64,000 bases of DNA from Chrysomallon squamiferum (taxonomy: Eukaryota; Animalia; Mollusca): the NCBI GenBank assembly GCA_012295275.1, contig CM022676.1:7130001-7194000 (forward strand), read 5' to 3'. The notes below the pieces were generated by a model. That model saw only the letters and a list, made by a program, of their open reading frames with translations, ran no database searches and was not told where the DNA came from. Shown in pieces: positions 1-15,528 of this stretch. Numbering within the stretch: the first letter of the stretch is position 1; every line of letters begins with the position of its first letter. The position numbers and the translations under genes are program-made.

Positions 1-77
1 TGTGAGTGTGAATTAGACTATAATTTCGTTACATTTCTCACCAGACCTATGTTTAATACCATTAGCATTTTTTCCTT

Positions 78-119
<42 letters not shown>

Positions 120-752
120 AAGCCGTGACATAACCTGTATATTATTCCTATACAATACGCACATTTATTGCCTGCTTGATGTGTGAATCGCTAGGCTGCA
201 GTTGTGAGCGGTACTACTCAAGGGTACGTCGCCGGCTAATTATTCCTCGCCAGTTCATTATTGATTTTTATTTCTTCTCTTCAACATGACCCCCAAGATT
301 CACATTGTGTTGGAAAATGTGGAACTCTTTTATTGAAAAGGAGATGAATTCTCACAAAATGGTTTTTGTTTTGTTTTTTTTTTTTTTTTTTTTTTTTTTC
401 TTCTCCAAAGCTACGAATGCTGATATCCAGTGATTTGTCATGGCACTGAATTTAGAAAGAAAATTAAACAGGAATGTTTTTTTTTTGTTGGTTTTTTTGT
501 GGTTTATTATTTTTTTTATTTTATTTTTGCTGAGATTTATAAAACCATCTTCTTTTATTATTATTTATATTATTTATTTTTATATATATATATATTTTTT
601 TTTTATTATTATTATTATTTTTTTTTTTTAATTTAAATTTTTTACATTTATTTTCTAAAATCTTATTTTGTTATTATTTTAATATCTTACTTTTTGATTT
701 ATTACTAAATATATTATTTATGCATTTCTGGTATTTATTTATTTATTTATTA

Positions 753-811
<59 letters not shown>

Positions 812-1150
812 TTAATACAAGGACGTTCATACTTGACTTAATACTGTATTTAGAAATACACCAACATGCACTCCACATACAAGCATGACACAAACATAAG
901 AAATTCCTAAACAGATTTTAGTACCAACCACTTAAAAAAACAACAGCTTCTAAACCAAACCTTTTTCACATTGCAGCAATTTTCTGTGTTATTTCCAGAA
1001 ACATGGATGCTGGTAGTCATCACATTAAAAGACCTGTGACAAGTATTGATAAACTAAACAGCATAATGTTTTCTTTACACCTATTTTTGTTTCCTTTTAT
1101 GAAATTTTATGGAATTAAAAGTTCCACATTGTGTATGGTGCTTGTTTTAG

Positions 1151-1194
<44 letters not shown>

Positions 1195-1539
1195 GACTTT
1201 GTGAGATTGTAATCAAACACATGCACATGATGCCAAGACACTTTTATACACATACTTGTATATGTGCTTGTATGTATATATATATAGTGTGTATTGTGAT
1301 TATTAAATGGATGGTATATGTGTAATATTGTGTATGTGTGTGTATTATACATACATAAACATAACAAACATATGCAAACACACCTTTATATATATATATA
1401 TATACATGTCCATTAACACATTCATGTAGATCATACATCTTTCAACTATCTGCACATTTACTATCACTGTTGTAACACAGACACACAATATGTATATATA
1501 TATCCATACACCATACAAACACACATACACATACATAAA

Positions 1540-1751
1540 TGTGTTTCTAACATCTACTATCTTGTCACTGTCTACATATGTACGTCAGCTATGGGTTAAT
1601 ATACATACACCTATATAACATGCACACATAAACACACACACACATACAAACATACTCCCACAAACACGTTTTTAATTACTGCTATCAGTTCATCTTCCTA
1701 CCATTGTCTACACATGTAGTAGTACTATGATTTAATACACATACACAAACA

Positions 1752-1814
<63 letters not shown>

Positions 1815-1888
1815 TCAAACACATGTTCTTAATTACTCCTATCAGTTCATCTTCCTACCACTGTGTACACATGTAGTATCACTGCTGT
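1540..1888. repeat. Composite repeat: 3 copies of a ~55-70 bp unit separated by (CA)n tracts
   Basis: TTAATTACTGCTATCAGTTCATCTTCCTACCAYTGTSTACACATGTAGTA-like unit at ~1671 and ~1829, a weaker copy at ~1545, and (CA)n at 1757-1812. Confidence 0.75.
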
Positions 1889-4299
1889 TGTATCGGTGTA
1901 AAATCTGTCTGTTGGCACTGTGCTGTGGTTCCATGAAACCTGAGTTTGCAAGTCTCTTGCTAGTTGAATAGCAGGAATCTGTCACAATTCTTTAATTGTA
2001 TTTCCTCCCCTTCAGAACGTGGAACCCATGACTATATTACTAATACAATGTTACACTTTGTTAATTGTAAATGTTTTGTTGTGAAACAGAATAAAACATT
2101 GTAACTTTGTTATTGTAAAACAGAGTAAAACATTTGATTTACTTTAGTGATTTATTTATTTATTTATTTATTTTTTTGGGAAAAAAGGGAACAAAATATT
2201 GTATTTATTTTAATTAATTTTGAAAAAAAAAAAATCATTGTAAAATTAAATAAAACAGTAAAACAATTTATTTAGTTTGGTGTTGTTGTTTTTTTAATAT
2301 TTTATTATTTATTGTTTTTAAAAATACACTGTACATCAGAATAAAAATTGTAAAAAAATGATGTAATATAGTATTTATTTTAATTATCATTTATTACCAT
2401 AAATCACTGTATTACTGAAAAAAACCCTGTGTTTAGCATTACAGAATAAAATATAATATAGTATTTATTTTAATTATAATTGTTTAATAAAATAAAATAA
2501 AAATATTATTAGTTAGACTTTTATTACCATAAAATAAAATAAAATACATTTATTTATTTTAAATTTTATGACTTTAAAACAAGATACAGTGTTGAATGTA
2601 AATTTATTATTGTAAAACAAGGAAATAATAAATTACTTTGTCACTTTATGATGATTATAAAACTGAATAATTCAATATTTATTTCTGTTCTTTATTACTG
2701 TAAAATGAAATACAGTAGTTTAACATTGTAACTACAACTTATTTCTTTAATTCAGAACATGACGCGTTATTCTTGTACCATGTTACACTTTGTAGTTTTA
2801 AAGTTAAACATTGTTTAACAAAATTATTACTGTGTTTACTGTAGTGGATTAAAGTTTTTTATACTATTTTCTATTTTACTAAGATTCTACAAAATAAGGT
2901 TCATGAGTTAATTCTCAGGCACACAGACACACAAACATAACACCTGAACAGACAGTGCCTGGGATTCATTCACATCTTTCCAAAACTTTTTTTTAATTTT
3001 AAACCTAAAATCAGAGACAGAGATCTTTGTTATTGTACACGACCAGTCACATTGTAAATGTTACAACAGGCACCAGTATTTTGACAGGGTTGTTGCCATG
3101 GCAATGTGACAGTGTGTGTATATATATATATCCTGGGTATCAGCTTTGTTTTCATTGATACCATGGAAATGAAGGACGGAAAAGTTAAATGGAGAAACCA
3201 TCTGTTCATTGTTTGTTTTCTCACAGAAATTTTATCATCTTCCTGAAACAACAAATATCATTTAAAAGTGTCACCTCTTAATACATGTATATACATATTT
3301 TGTGGGGGTATATGTATGTATGTTTAAATGTGTGTATGTATGTATGTGTATGTGTGTGTCTCTATAAATACATACATACATATAGAGACCCATACAGATA
3401 CATAAATGCACACACACACATTCTATCTCTCTTTCTCTATCCACCCCCATCATTTACTGTCTAGTAAATGAAGAAAAATACTGTTTGGATTTTTGTACAC
3501 TAAGTACCATGTTCTTATTAAAGTTTCACGAAGAAAAGATATTAGTTAGAAAATTAGTCTGGGTTAAAGAAACTCTGTAGCTGTTTCTAATGCAAACTGG
3601 TCCAAGTAATTTGAGTGCAGGAGAGAGAGAGAGAGACAGAGAGACAGAAGACAAATGCTTGTGACATTAATGCCTTTGTTTGCTAGACTATTTTTGGTTT
3701 TATACTGGTAAAGATTAAAAGAATATGTGTAAGTATGTATGTCTGTGTTGTTGTTTGTATGAATGCATTGTTTGTGTGTGTGTGTGTGTATATATATTTA
3801 TATATGTGTGTGTGTGTGTGTGTATGTATCTGTATGTATGTAGATAACTATGTACATATATGTGTTTGTGTGAGTTACAGAAAGTGAGAAAGATACTGAG
3901 AGAAAAAGAAAGAAAAAATAAGACAGAAAAAAACCCCTAGTAAAATAATATAAATTATTAAGCTTTCTGTTTTGTTCATTTCAGTCAGTGAATATAAAGT
4001 ATAACAATTGTATACATCTATGGAAGAAAAAAGTAGTACTATAACATCTATCTGTCTGTCTGTCTGTCTGTTTCCATCTGTATTTTATAACAGTTGATGT
4101 CATTAGTAAACAGTTATCTCACTTCAGTTATGAATAATACATTAGTAATACCTATTTTGTATTGTTTGTGTGTGGAATATAAACTGATATGTCATAGCGC
4201 CTGTCTTGTTATTCTTTCTTTTATTTATTCAGTTAGTCATTAGAAAGCTTCCAAAGAAGTGAAATAAAATAAATAAAACAGAAAAAAAAAAAAGAAAAA

Positions 4300-4570
4300 T
4301 GAATAAATAATAATAATAATAATAATAATAACAGCAACAGTGATAATAATAGTAATAATATAAATAAATAAAATTATAGATAAATAAATAAATAATAATA
4401 ATAATAATAATGATAATAAATAATAATAATGATAATAAATAATAATAATGATAATAAATAAATAATAATAATAATAATAATGATAATAAATAATAATAAT
4501 AATAATAATGATAATAAAAAAATAAAAATAAATATAAATAAAATAAATAAATAAATAAATAAGTAATAAA
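4300..4570. repeat. (AAT)n/(TAAA)n mosaic microsatellite
   Basis: Directly visible; source of the spurious 166 aa minus-strand ORF. Confidence 0.9.
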
Positions 4571-4947
4571 GAAAAAAATTAATACCAACTGAAGGTCACT
4601 AATGGTCATAAACCCCACTGACCACACCAGGTGACCTGTCAAATAATAACAATAAAAAAAAAAAAGAACATGAAAGATCAGAAGTATAGAAATGATCAGC
4701 CATATGTTTAACAGACAGCTGGAAACCACCAGAGGTTGAGTCTATTAAACATGTTACTGCTGTTTGGAGAATAGTTTTTAAACCCTGTCAGAGTGACAGA
4801 TACCAGTGATAACATCACAGCTCTCTGACAGATTAAGTGTAAGAGGATTTACCTTCAACTACTTCTGTTTACCTGGGGCTTCAGCTAGAAAAATGTCTTA
4901 ATTCTATGTATTAATTATAATTGATGTAAATGTTAAGAACTGGAAGT

Positions 4948-4982
<35 letters not shown>

Positions 4983-5021
4983 CTGGAATTCTAAATACTA
5001 TTATTTTTATTATTATTATAA

Positions 5022-5066
<45 letters not shown>

Positions 5067-5650
5067 ATTTTCCTTTTTATATTTTTTATCACCTTTTTTT
5101 TAATATTCCTTTTTAATACTCCTTTTTTACTTTTCTTTGCTCTCAAGTTAATAAAATAAATTAAGAGAACATATTTATTTTTATTATTATTATTATGAAA
5201 TACATAATATAATAAAATATATTAAAATATTAATATAATTAAAAAAAAAAAATTATGAAATGCAATACAAAATGAAATAAAATGAAATGTATATGTATGT
5301 ATGTAATAAGATAAATGACATTTTGTAATATTAAACCTGGACATTTAAAGAAAAGTCAGCTGCCTATACCCAGTCCTAAAAGGCATTAAAACACACAGTA
5401 TTGTCTGTGTGGGTGTAAGTATGTGTGTGTGTCTGTGTGTGCCGCTTTCTAACTAATGGATTTTAAATGACATGTTGGAAGCTTGACCTTTTTGTCTATC
5501 TCATTTTATATTTCAATTTGTTTCCCATAATTTTTTCTTCTGTTGTTTTTCTTTCTTTCTTTTCTTCATTTTCTTTTCTATTGTTGCTCTGTCTTTCTTA
5601 TTCTTTGTCTTTAATTTTAATCCATTGTGGGCATATGTATAACCACACAG

Positions 5651-5686
<36 letters not shown>

Positions 5687-5985
5687 TTATATAACACAGG
5701 AGAAAGCGACACATGAGTGAAAAAACACAACACACACACACACTTATACATCTCAAAGCTGACAATTATTCTTTCAGTCATTATAACATTGTTCTAACTT
5801 GTATCAATCTGTATCACAAACTACAACATAGTTTACGCTGTAGTTTAAATTAATCCTGTGTTCTACAAATTCGTTATTTGTCATCCAGTCATTGTCACGT
5901 GAGTTCTTCACTCTAGTCTGAGTGTATCTCAGTACTAGTGTAATTTTCTTTCAAGATGTTTGGTTCTTCACTGACCAGTTTAAAC

Positions 5986-6762
5986 ACTTCTACTTTATGA
6001 TCACTTTTAAATAGTTCTATATTGTGATCACTTTTACATTGTTCTACATTGTGATCATTTTTACATAGTTCTACACTGTGATCACTTTTACATAGTTCTA
6101 CATTGTGATCATTTTTACATACTTCTACATTGTGATCATTTTTACATAGTTCTACATTGTGATCACTTTTACATTGTTCTACATTGTGATCATTTTTACA
6201 TTGTTCTGCATTGTGATTGACTTAATACTATTCTACATTGTGATCACTTTTACATCGTTCTACATTGTGATCACTTTTACATCGTTCTATATTGTGATCA
6301 CTTTTACATAGTTCTACATTGTGATCATTTTTACATTGTTCTACATTGTGATTGACTTAATACTATTCTACATTGTGATCACTTTTACATTGTTTTACAT
6401 TGTGATCACTTTTACATAGTTCTACAATATTGATCACTTTTACATAGTTCTTCATTTTCATCACTTTTACATTGTTCTTCATTTTGATCACTTTTACATT
6501 GTTCTACATTGTGATTGACTTAATACTATTCTGCATTGTGATCACTTTTACATAGTTCTACAATATTGATCACTTTTACATAGTTCTACAATATTGATCA
6601 CTTTTACATAGTTCTAGATTTTGATCACTTTTACAGTTTTACACTGTGATCACTTTTACATTGTTTTTCATTGTGATCACTTTGTTTTACTTTGTTCTAC
6701 ATTGTGATCACTTTTACATTGTTTTTCATTGTGATCACTTTGTTTTACTTTGTTCTACATAG
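5986..6762. repeat. 27-bp minisatellite, ~28 copies
   Basis: Unit TTCTACATTGTGATCACTTTTACATAG repeated head-to-tail. Confidence 0.95.
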
Positions 6763-7061
6763 CACTGATAAAGTAGTGATAGTAGTGATTAGCCGTGATA
6801 AATCACCTTTCTGGGTGTTTGTTTCAGTCCTTTTAATCAGCGAACGCAAATTGGCAACATATTCACATTAGGCTTGCTTTATTCTCCTCCTACTCGGTAA
6901 CCGTGGCAACGAGGTGTCCATTTGGCTCAAGTTTGACTGATACATTGTGTGAACCTTTTCACACTGACCATGTCCAGAATTCTTGATAAGCTGAGGAAAA
7001 CGGGAGATTGTTAGAAGCAGCCATTTAGATCAGTGGTTTCATCTGCAGGAATATGTTGGAA

Positions 7062-7095
<34 letters not shown>

Positions 7096-7283
7096 TCTTT
7101 CTGTTTCTCTTTATTTCTTTCTTTTTTTTTTTTTTTTTTTTTTTTTGTGGAAGAATGGTTTATTGAGTGTTTTGGCTTTTAGATATATCACAGTCATGTC
7201 TTGGAATATTCTTTATTCATTTTTTTTTCTTTCTTTCTTGTAATGTATGTGTATGTGTGTCTGTATGTATGTGTGTACATGTG

Positions 7284-7319
<36 letters not shown>

Positions 7320-7553
7320 ATGTATGTATATGTATAATGTATGTATATATATGTATATGTATATGTATATGTATGTGTATGTGTATGTATGCATGTATGT
7401 ATGTACACACATTTAAATGGTGAGAATATACTCTTATATATGTTAATATTTATTACGGCAACAGATAAAAAAAATACATACATACATATTTTTGAATGTG
7501 ACAGAATGATTTTTAAAACAATTTTCAAAGGATCTGATTATAATAATACCAGT

Positions 7554-7584
<31 letters not shown>

Positions 7585-7929
7585 GCAGCAATAACAATAA
7601 TAATAATAATAAAATTTATTGATTTAAGTAAAACAACATTTTCAAATTAATGTTGCTGGCTTTTTCTGAGCCTGAGTCAATGTTAATATTCCTAACTGGA
7701 CAAAGATTTAAGAATTTCGCACAATTCCATTGAGACTAAAAGCAATAATTTCCTTAATTTTTTTTTTTTTTTTTTCCAATTCCAAATACATGCATGTTAT
7801 CCTAGGTAAGTAAACATTTAATACCATTGGGAGGTTTGGTATGAAAAGACAGAATAAAAGAAACAAAAGCGAGGAAATTAAGCAAAAAGTGACGGCACGG
7901 CAAAAATTATTGTCGAATCAATAGTTAAT

Positions 7930-8790
7930 TAAGAGAGTGTTGAACTGTGTTGTACAAACACATTGTTGTGTTAATTACTAGGAAATAGTTTCTGTGTGTT
8001 TTGTTCCATTGTGAGAAAAGTAATATTTTTTTTTATTGTTCCCATTTAATAAACCTTATTTCCTGTTCTAACTTCTGGCAGTGTTTGACAAACGCATTGT
8101 TTGTTGTCATAATTATTAAGCAGTTTCTTAACGTTTTGTTGCATTATGGGAGAAAAATAAAATAAAATATGTATTTGGGATAGTGGTATTGTTCCTTTAA
8201 TACAAACATTATTTCCTGTTCCAAATACAGCAGTGTTTGACAAAAGGATGGTTGTAGTAATTACTAAGCAATTTGTAATGTTCTGTTGCATCATGCAGAA
8301 TATTAAAAAAAATGTTTATTAAAGAATTTGCTATTCTTCTTTTAATAAACCTTATTTCCTGTTCCAAACACTAGCAGTATTTGGCAGATGCATAGTTGTA
8401 GTAGTAATTTTAGATATTTTGTTTACATCGTGGTGAAAAATAAAATCAAAAGGTGAATGAGGTCACATTTTGTTGTTTCTATTAATAAACCTTATTTCCC
8501 ATTCCAACAGAGTTTGTCAAATACACATTGTTGTATTAATTACTGGCAAACATTCTATGTGTTTTGTCACATCACGTGAAAAATAAAAATGAAAAGGAGA
8601 ATACGGTTTTATTTTGTTGTTCAGTTAATGAACCTTATTTCCTGTTCCAACCGCTTGCAGTTTTTGCAGTAATAATTACCAGGCAGTGTTTTGCACTGGG
8701 TTGTTGTAAGTGGAAATGTAGCTTAACAAGGGCAGGGTTGATACCAAAGGAAAATTATTGAAATGTACTTGATTTCCTGTTCTAACCAGA
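7930..8790. repeat. Degenerate ~145-bp tandem repeat, ~6 copies
   Basis: Anchor TAATAAACCTTATTTCCTGTTCCAA (or variant) at ~8047, 8198, 8343, 8483, 8625 and 8765. Confidence 0.8.
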
Positions 8791-8856
8791 TTGTCAAAGT
8801 TAATAGTTAATAATATTCTGGTTATTTATTTATTTATTATTTATTTATTTAATTTG

Positions 8857-10200
<1,344 letters not shown>

Positions 10201-10360
10201 CTTCATCCTATATTCATATATATATACATAAGCTCATTATTAACACATACACTAATAGGTCCATGTACATTTTTCTTTCATTTTATTTATTTTTAAATTC
10301 TAACACTTGAGTTCAATCAGGACATCTCCATAACTGATCTGTTTTGACAAACACCTGTCT

Positions 10361-10645
10361 AAGATGGCGGCTTTGGTAAGTACAATTGATTCGCCTCTCT
10401 AATGATGGCCATGATGTTGTCGTTGTCGTTGTCGTTGCTGCTGCCGCATCACCTGATTGATTAGCAGCGCACCGCTAATTACGCCTTTACTCGGCTCGAC
10501 TCCTGTAATTTTCGGATTTTTTAAAAGAGACGTTCCGTTGCCACGGCGACAGATTGATGGGGCAGATGATGCGGTCTTCTTGGTTGGGGCGGAGGAGGAG
10601 GATGGGGGGTGTGTGGTTGTTGTTGCTGGCAGACGGAAGGATGTC
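10361..10645 (+). promoter_or_regulatory. CpG-rich island with YY1-like AAGATGGCGG, adjacent 5' splice donor, homeodomain motifs and X-box; candidate promoter/first exon or CNE
   Basis: AAGATGGCGGC 10361-10371, GTAAGT 10376-10381, TGATTGATT, TAATTA, GTTGCCACGGCGAC 10537-10550; many CpGs against a CpG-poor background. Confidence 0.45.
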
Positions 10646-10754
10646 GAGTACATATGTACCTATGAACAGACAGACAGACATACAGATGCAGAACTAAAGA
10701 CAGATAGACATATGTACAGGAAGAAATATATTCTTACATAGATGCACAGAATGA

Positions 10755-11065
10755 CATACATACATACATACATACATACATACATACATACACACACACA
10801 CATTCCTACATACCTACATACAAACACACACACACAATTCATATACATATACATATACATGCACATGCATACATACATACACACATACCTACATACATAC
10901 ATACATACACACATACATACATACACACATACATACACACACACACATTCATATATACATACATGCACATACATGCACATACATACATACATATATACAC
11001 ACATACATTACATATACACACTAAATACCTAAATACACACACACATACAGACAGAGAGACAGACA
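10755..11065. repeat. CA/TA/TACA mosaic microsatellite
   Basis: Directly visible. Confidence 0.9.
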
Positions 11066-11444
11066 TAAGTCCAAATATAAAATAAAATAAAAGAAACTCT
11101 ACATACCATACACACTTGCATACATACAGTCACAACAGACCACAACATACCAGAGAATTACTTTTCTTTTTGTTTGGCATTTTTAACCTTTAATAATCTT
11201 CTCTTTTTTTTCTTCTTCTTTTTTTTTGACAAATTTATCACTTTGTCGTCTTTCTTGTCAATCACAGCAGTGTGAACGAACACTTCACTGACGGCCACCT
11301 CAACCTTGACATGTAGACACCCACAAGTGTTGATACAACATCGTCAGTGTTGACTGCGTGGTCCATTACAGTTGACTTGCCTTGACCTTTACCTGAAGCA
11401 AACAAAGATAACATGATTGAGAGTCTGCAACAATTACACAGAAT

Positions 11445-12185
11445 CAGTGACTTGACAAATTCCCTCTAAGGGTGTAAATATTTTTGGCAAGCAACTGTAA
11501 CAAGTAGAGCCTCTTTTGTGTTTTTGTCAAGTCATTCTTTGATAAAAAGGAAGTAACTGTAACTGTAACATGTAACTCCCATGTTTTTGTCAAATTTTAC
11601 TTTTTTGATATGTTGTTATTTTTGGGGATGTTTCTGTAACACATTTAGCCAGAAATTCCTGTTGAGGGTGGCAGTATTTTTGGCAAGCAACTGTAACAAG
11701 TAGAGCTGTTTTTCATTTTTGTCAAGGAAGTAATTGTAACATGTAACTCAGTGTTTTTGTTAAATTACATTAATTAAGTATAAATACTTTTGTCAAGTAA
11801 CTGTAGAATTTTGGTTCTGTGGGGTTTTTCAAATTTACTGTTTTGGCAAGTAACTGTAAACAAATGGAGCTTCTTTGCTTTTTGTCAAGTCATTCTGAAA
11901 CAAATTGAAGGCCTAATTGTATCAAGTAGCTACATATTTTTGTTAAATTACATTTTTAAGGTATAAATATTTTTGGCTAGTAACTGTAACAGGCATCCCT
12001 GTGGTTTTTGTCAAATTACATTTTTCAGGTGTAAAATATCTTTTGGAACTTTCTGTAACTTTTTGTTTTGTCAAGTCATTGTAATAAAGGAAGTAATTGT
12101 AACATGAAACCCAATGTTTTTGTCAAATTACATTTTATGGTTTAAACAGCCCATTCATTTTGTCAAATTATTTTTAAAGTAAATT
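11445..12185. repeat. Degenerate tandem repeat built from TTTTTGGCAAGTAACTGTAAC / TTTTTGTCAAATTACATTTT modules
   Basis: Both modules recur many times at ~40-70 bp spacing. Confidence 0.75.
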
Positions 12186-12624
12186 ATTTGGAGTTAAATA
12201 ATTCCAACACATTATTAACTCATTATATTGTTGATATGAAGATATTTTCATATAGCCCAAATTCTTATTTCAAATATATATTTTTTACTAACAAGCATAA
12301 GATGTATTGCTTAAATCTAATTCAGATTTCATATTTTGGCATACAGCTGTAATGAATAAACTTAAGAAACATTATCATGGAGAAAAGTTTCTCTTTGTTT
12401 AAATATTTTTGGGAAGCATCTGTATCTATTGTTATCCATTGTTGACTTGTGGGATTTTGTCTTGAGGTGCAAATGTTTTTGGGAAGCAAGTGTAGCAGTG
12501 TCCTTGTTACAGGGAGGGAGGGTGTGTCTTGTGTAATTAGTAACTGTTAGGCAACTGTGGGTCTTGGTCTTCTAAACATATAAAAAAAAAGTCTTCATGA
12601 AGATCTAAGAACACAAGGAAAAGA

Positions 12625-12875
12625 TACTTCACTGTTTAGAATATGTTTTTATATGTTCTTAAATCTGTAGAAATTTCTTTTTATGTATTTATTTTAAGGT
12701 CTTCATAAATATCTTTTTATATATTACAAGTTCTCAGTAAATGTATTTTTATGTATTCTTAAGTTTGCAGAAATATCTTTTTAATATATTCTTAAAATTT
12801 CCAGAAATATATATTTTTTATATATTCTTAACATTTCCAGAAATATATATATTTTTTTTATATATTCTTAGGAAT
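12625..12875. repeat. Degenerate ~36-bp AT-rich tandem repeat
   Basis: ATATTCTTAA..TTTCCAGAAATATATATTTTTT-like unit, clearest at 12787-12870. Confidence 0.65.
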
Positions 12876-12907
12876 CCCGATATATCTTTTTTATATCCTG
12901 TATCTCC

Positions 12908-12955
<48 letters not shown>

Positions 12956-15490
12956 AATCCCACACACAGACAAAATCCTTGTTTTTCTCTCTCTCGCTCT
13001 GTCTCTGTTGATTTAACACAGTGATTGACTCTAACACTGAATGATGCAGACAAGCTTAACATAAACTGCTTAAAAGCAATACCGAACAAACGAACAAAAC
13101 CGGCATACAAAATGTGCCTGCCCCATACCAATACCAAACACCAAATACCGAAGAACTCCAGTGAGCACTGCCAGGTCATCTGAGAGCATGGATAGGTCAC
13201 TCAGGAGAGCGTGGATGGGTCAACTGAGAGCAGGAGAGGGCTGGAGTTGTTGTCTGGTTGTATTATGCCGAGTTAAAATGTTTCCATTCAGGTTCAGGGA
13301 CGGGCTTTTATTCGTTGTGTTGGCTTTGTGATCCATTGAGAAAAGATCCAAAGGCTGCAGAATCTCGGTCTGGTGGAGTCTCTGTCTGATTCCAGGTTCT
13401 CACAACTGCTGCAGCTTTTGTTGTCAGAACTGAAAAGATTTCCTTTCATTTCCACTGCATGTCCAATGTGTGTACTTGCCTGACCTGTTGGCTTGACCTC
13501 CGAAAATGAGGTCATGAAGCAAGATATTAAAAAAAAAAAAATGGCTGGTGGAGTATTGTGGGATTTGTGCTGATTGTCTGAGTGATGTTGGTGTTAATGG
13601 ATGTCATTGTTGTTGTTGTTGTTGAGGTGATGGTATGATGATTTTGTTGAGAAAAAAAATGGATGTTGTTGTAGTTGTTGATGATGTAATGTTATGATTT
13701 TGTTAAGAAAAAAATATGGATGTATGTTGTTGTTGTTGTTGTTGTTGTTGATGTTATAGCTCTGCTATTCAGGTTGTGGAACCAAAAAAAATGTTGTTGT
13801 AGTTGCTGTTGATGTTACAGTTCTGTTATTCAGGTTATGGAAGAAAAAATATGAATGTTTTTGTTGTTGTTGTTGTTGGTGATATGAAGTGATGACAAGA
13901 TTGTTATTCAGGTTATGGAAGAAACGAATGTAGATGTTGTTGTTGTTGTTGATGTTGTTGTGGTTTGTCAGTTTGATAGATCTAAAAGTATTGATGTTTT
14001 TCTTTATGACTGTTGTGTGTGTAGAGAAAATATTTTTAAAAGTTTCTGGTTTGACAGACACAAAGGAACTTTTTTCTAACGTAATATGATATAGGGAGTG
14101 ATTATTATTTTTTTTAATTTTTTTTATTTATTATTTTTTTTATTTTTATTATTATTATTTATTTACTTTCTATTAGTGTAAAAAAATAATAATAATAAAA
14201 AATAAAAAATCCCTGATAAATAGAAAATGTATGTATCATGTCTGTCTTAGTGTTTACAATTTCCAGAAAAAAAAAAAAAAAAAAAATTTGGCAGACATTT
14301 TGTCAGGTGTATGTATATGTGTTCCAATTGTTTACATATTTTTACCTTTTTTACTTTTTTTTTTTTTTAAATTTATTTTTCTACTTTTTTTTTTTTTTGA
14401 CATGACTGATTCTACAAATAAGACTGAAGTAAGCACTGTATATTTTAGTACAAGATATGGTTAATTTTAAATTGCTTAAACTTTTTTTTTTGCTTTTGAA
14501 ATAATAGTAATTATTATTATGTGCATGAGTTCATATGTTAGTGTATAGGTATGTCTGTCAGTGTATATGTGTGTGTGTGTGTGTGTGTTAGTGTGTTTGT
14601 TAGTGTGTTTGTATATGTATGTATGTATTTTTGTATGTATATATGTGTTTGTGCGCGTATTTAAAAATTAAAATGCAATTTAATATTACCAACATCATCA
14701 TCATCATCATCATTATCATCAAGATATAAATAGTGTTAACTGAAATAAAAACAAAGAATCCATCTACTACACCTAATTTGCATATTTAACGATTACACAC
14801 CTGTGCTAATCTGTGATAGGTTTACATTCAGGTATTACAAACAAACAGGTAACCTACCTGTGAGTTTCAACAATTTGAAAACAACAATAAATAATATCCC
14901 TGTCAAAGTTTTACAGCTGCTTACAAATTTAAAAAAAAAAGAAAAAAAGAAAAGATTTAAAAAAAAACAAGATAATAATAAAAAAAAAATTAAAAAAAAA
15001 AAAAAAAATTGTTTCCTGTAATATAATCTGGATTCTTTTTTTTTTTTGTTGTTGTTTACTTCTTAGTGATTTATTTATTTATTTTATTATTATTTTTTTT
15101 TTATTAAAGAACAATGTATTTCCTGTTTTGATAAGGCCATTATTGTAAATTATTTCTTGTTCATTTTACTGAGGTATAATAATAATAAAATTAATAATAA
15201 TAATAATAATAAAAATATTTCTACTACTACAACTAATAATTAAAAAAATGTTTAGAGCTTCTGTTTTCAGCCTCAGTAATAAACAATGATATATTAGGTT
15301 TTTAATTTGCAGAAGGAAAGCATAGAGAAAAATTAATAATAATTTAAAAAAATAAAATAGAACTTAAGAAAAAGAGTTAAAACAAAATTATTAAAAAAAT
15401 TAAAAAAAGGTATAAAAAGAAAAAAAAAAAAAAAAAAAATGCTAAGAACTTTTAAAAAAGAAACAAACAAGAAAACAAAACAAAACAAAA

Positions 15491-15528
<38 letters not shown>

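Noticed and set aside
13150-13520. GC-richer segment as a coding exon
   Set aside because: No convincing splice-bounded open frame, and the 73 aa minus-strand ORF has no recognisable similarity
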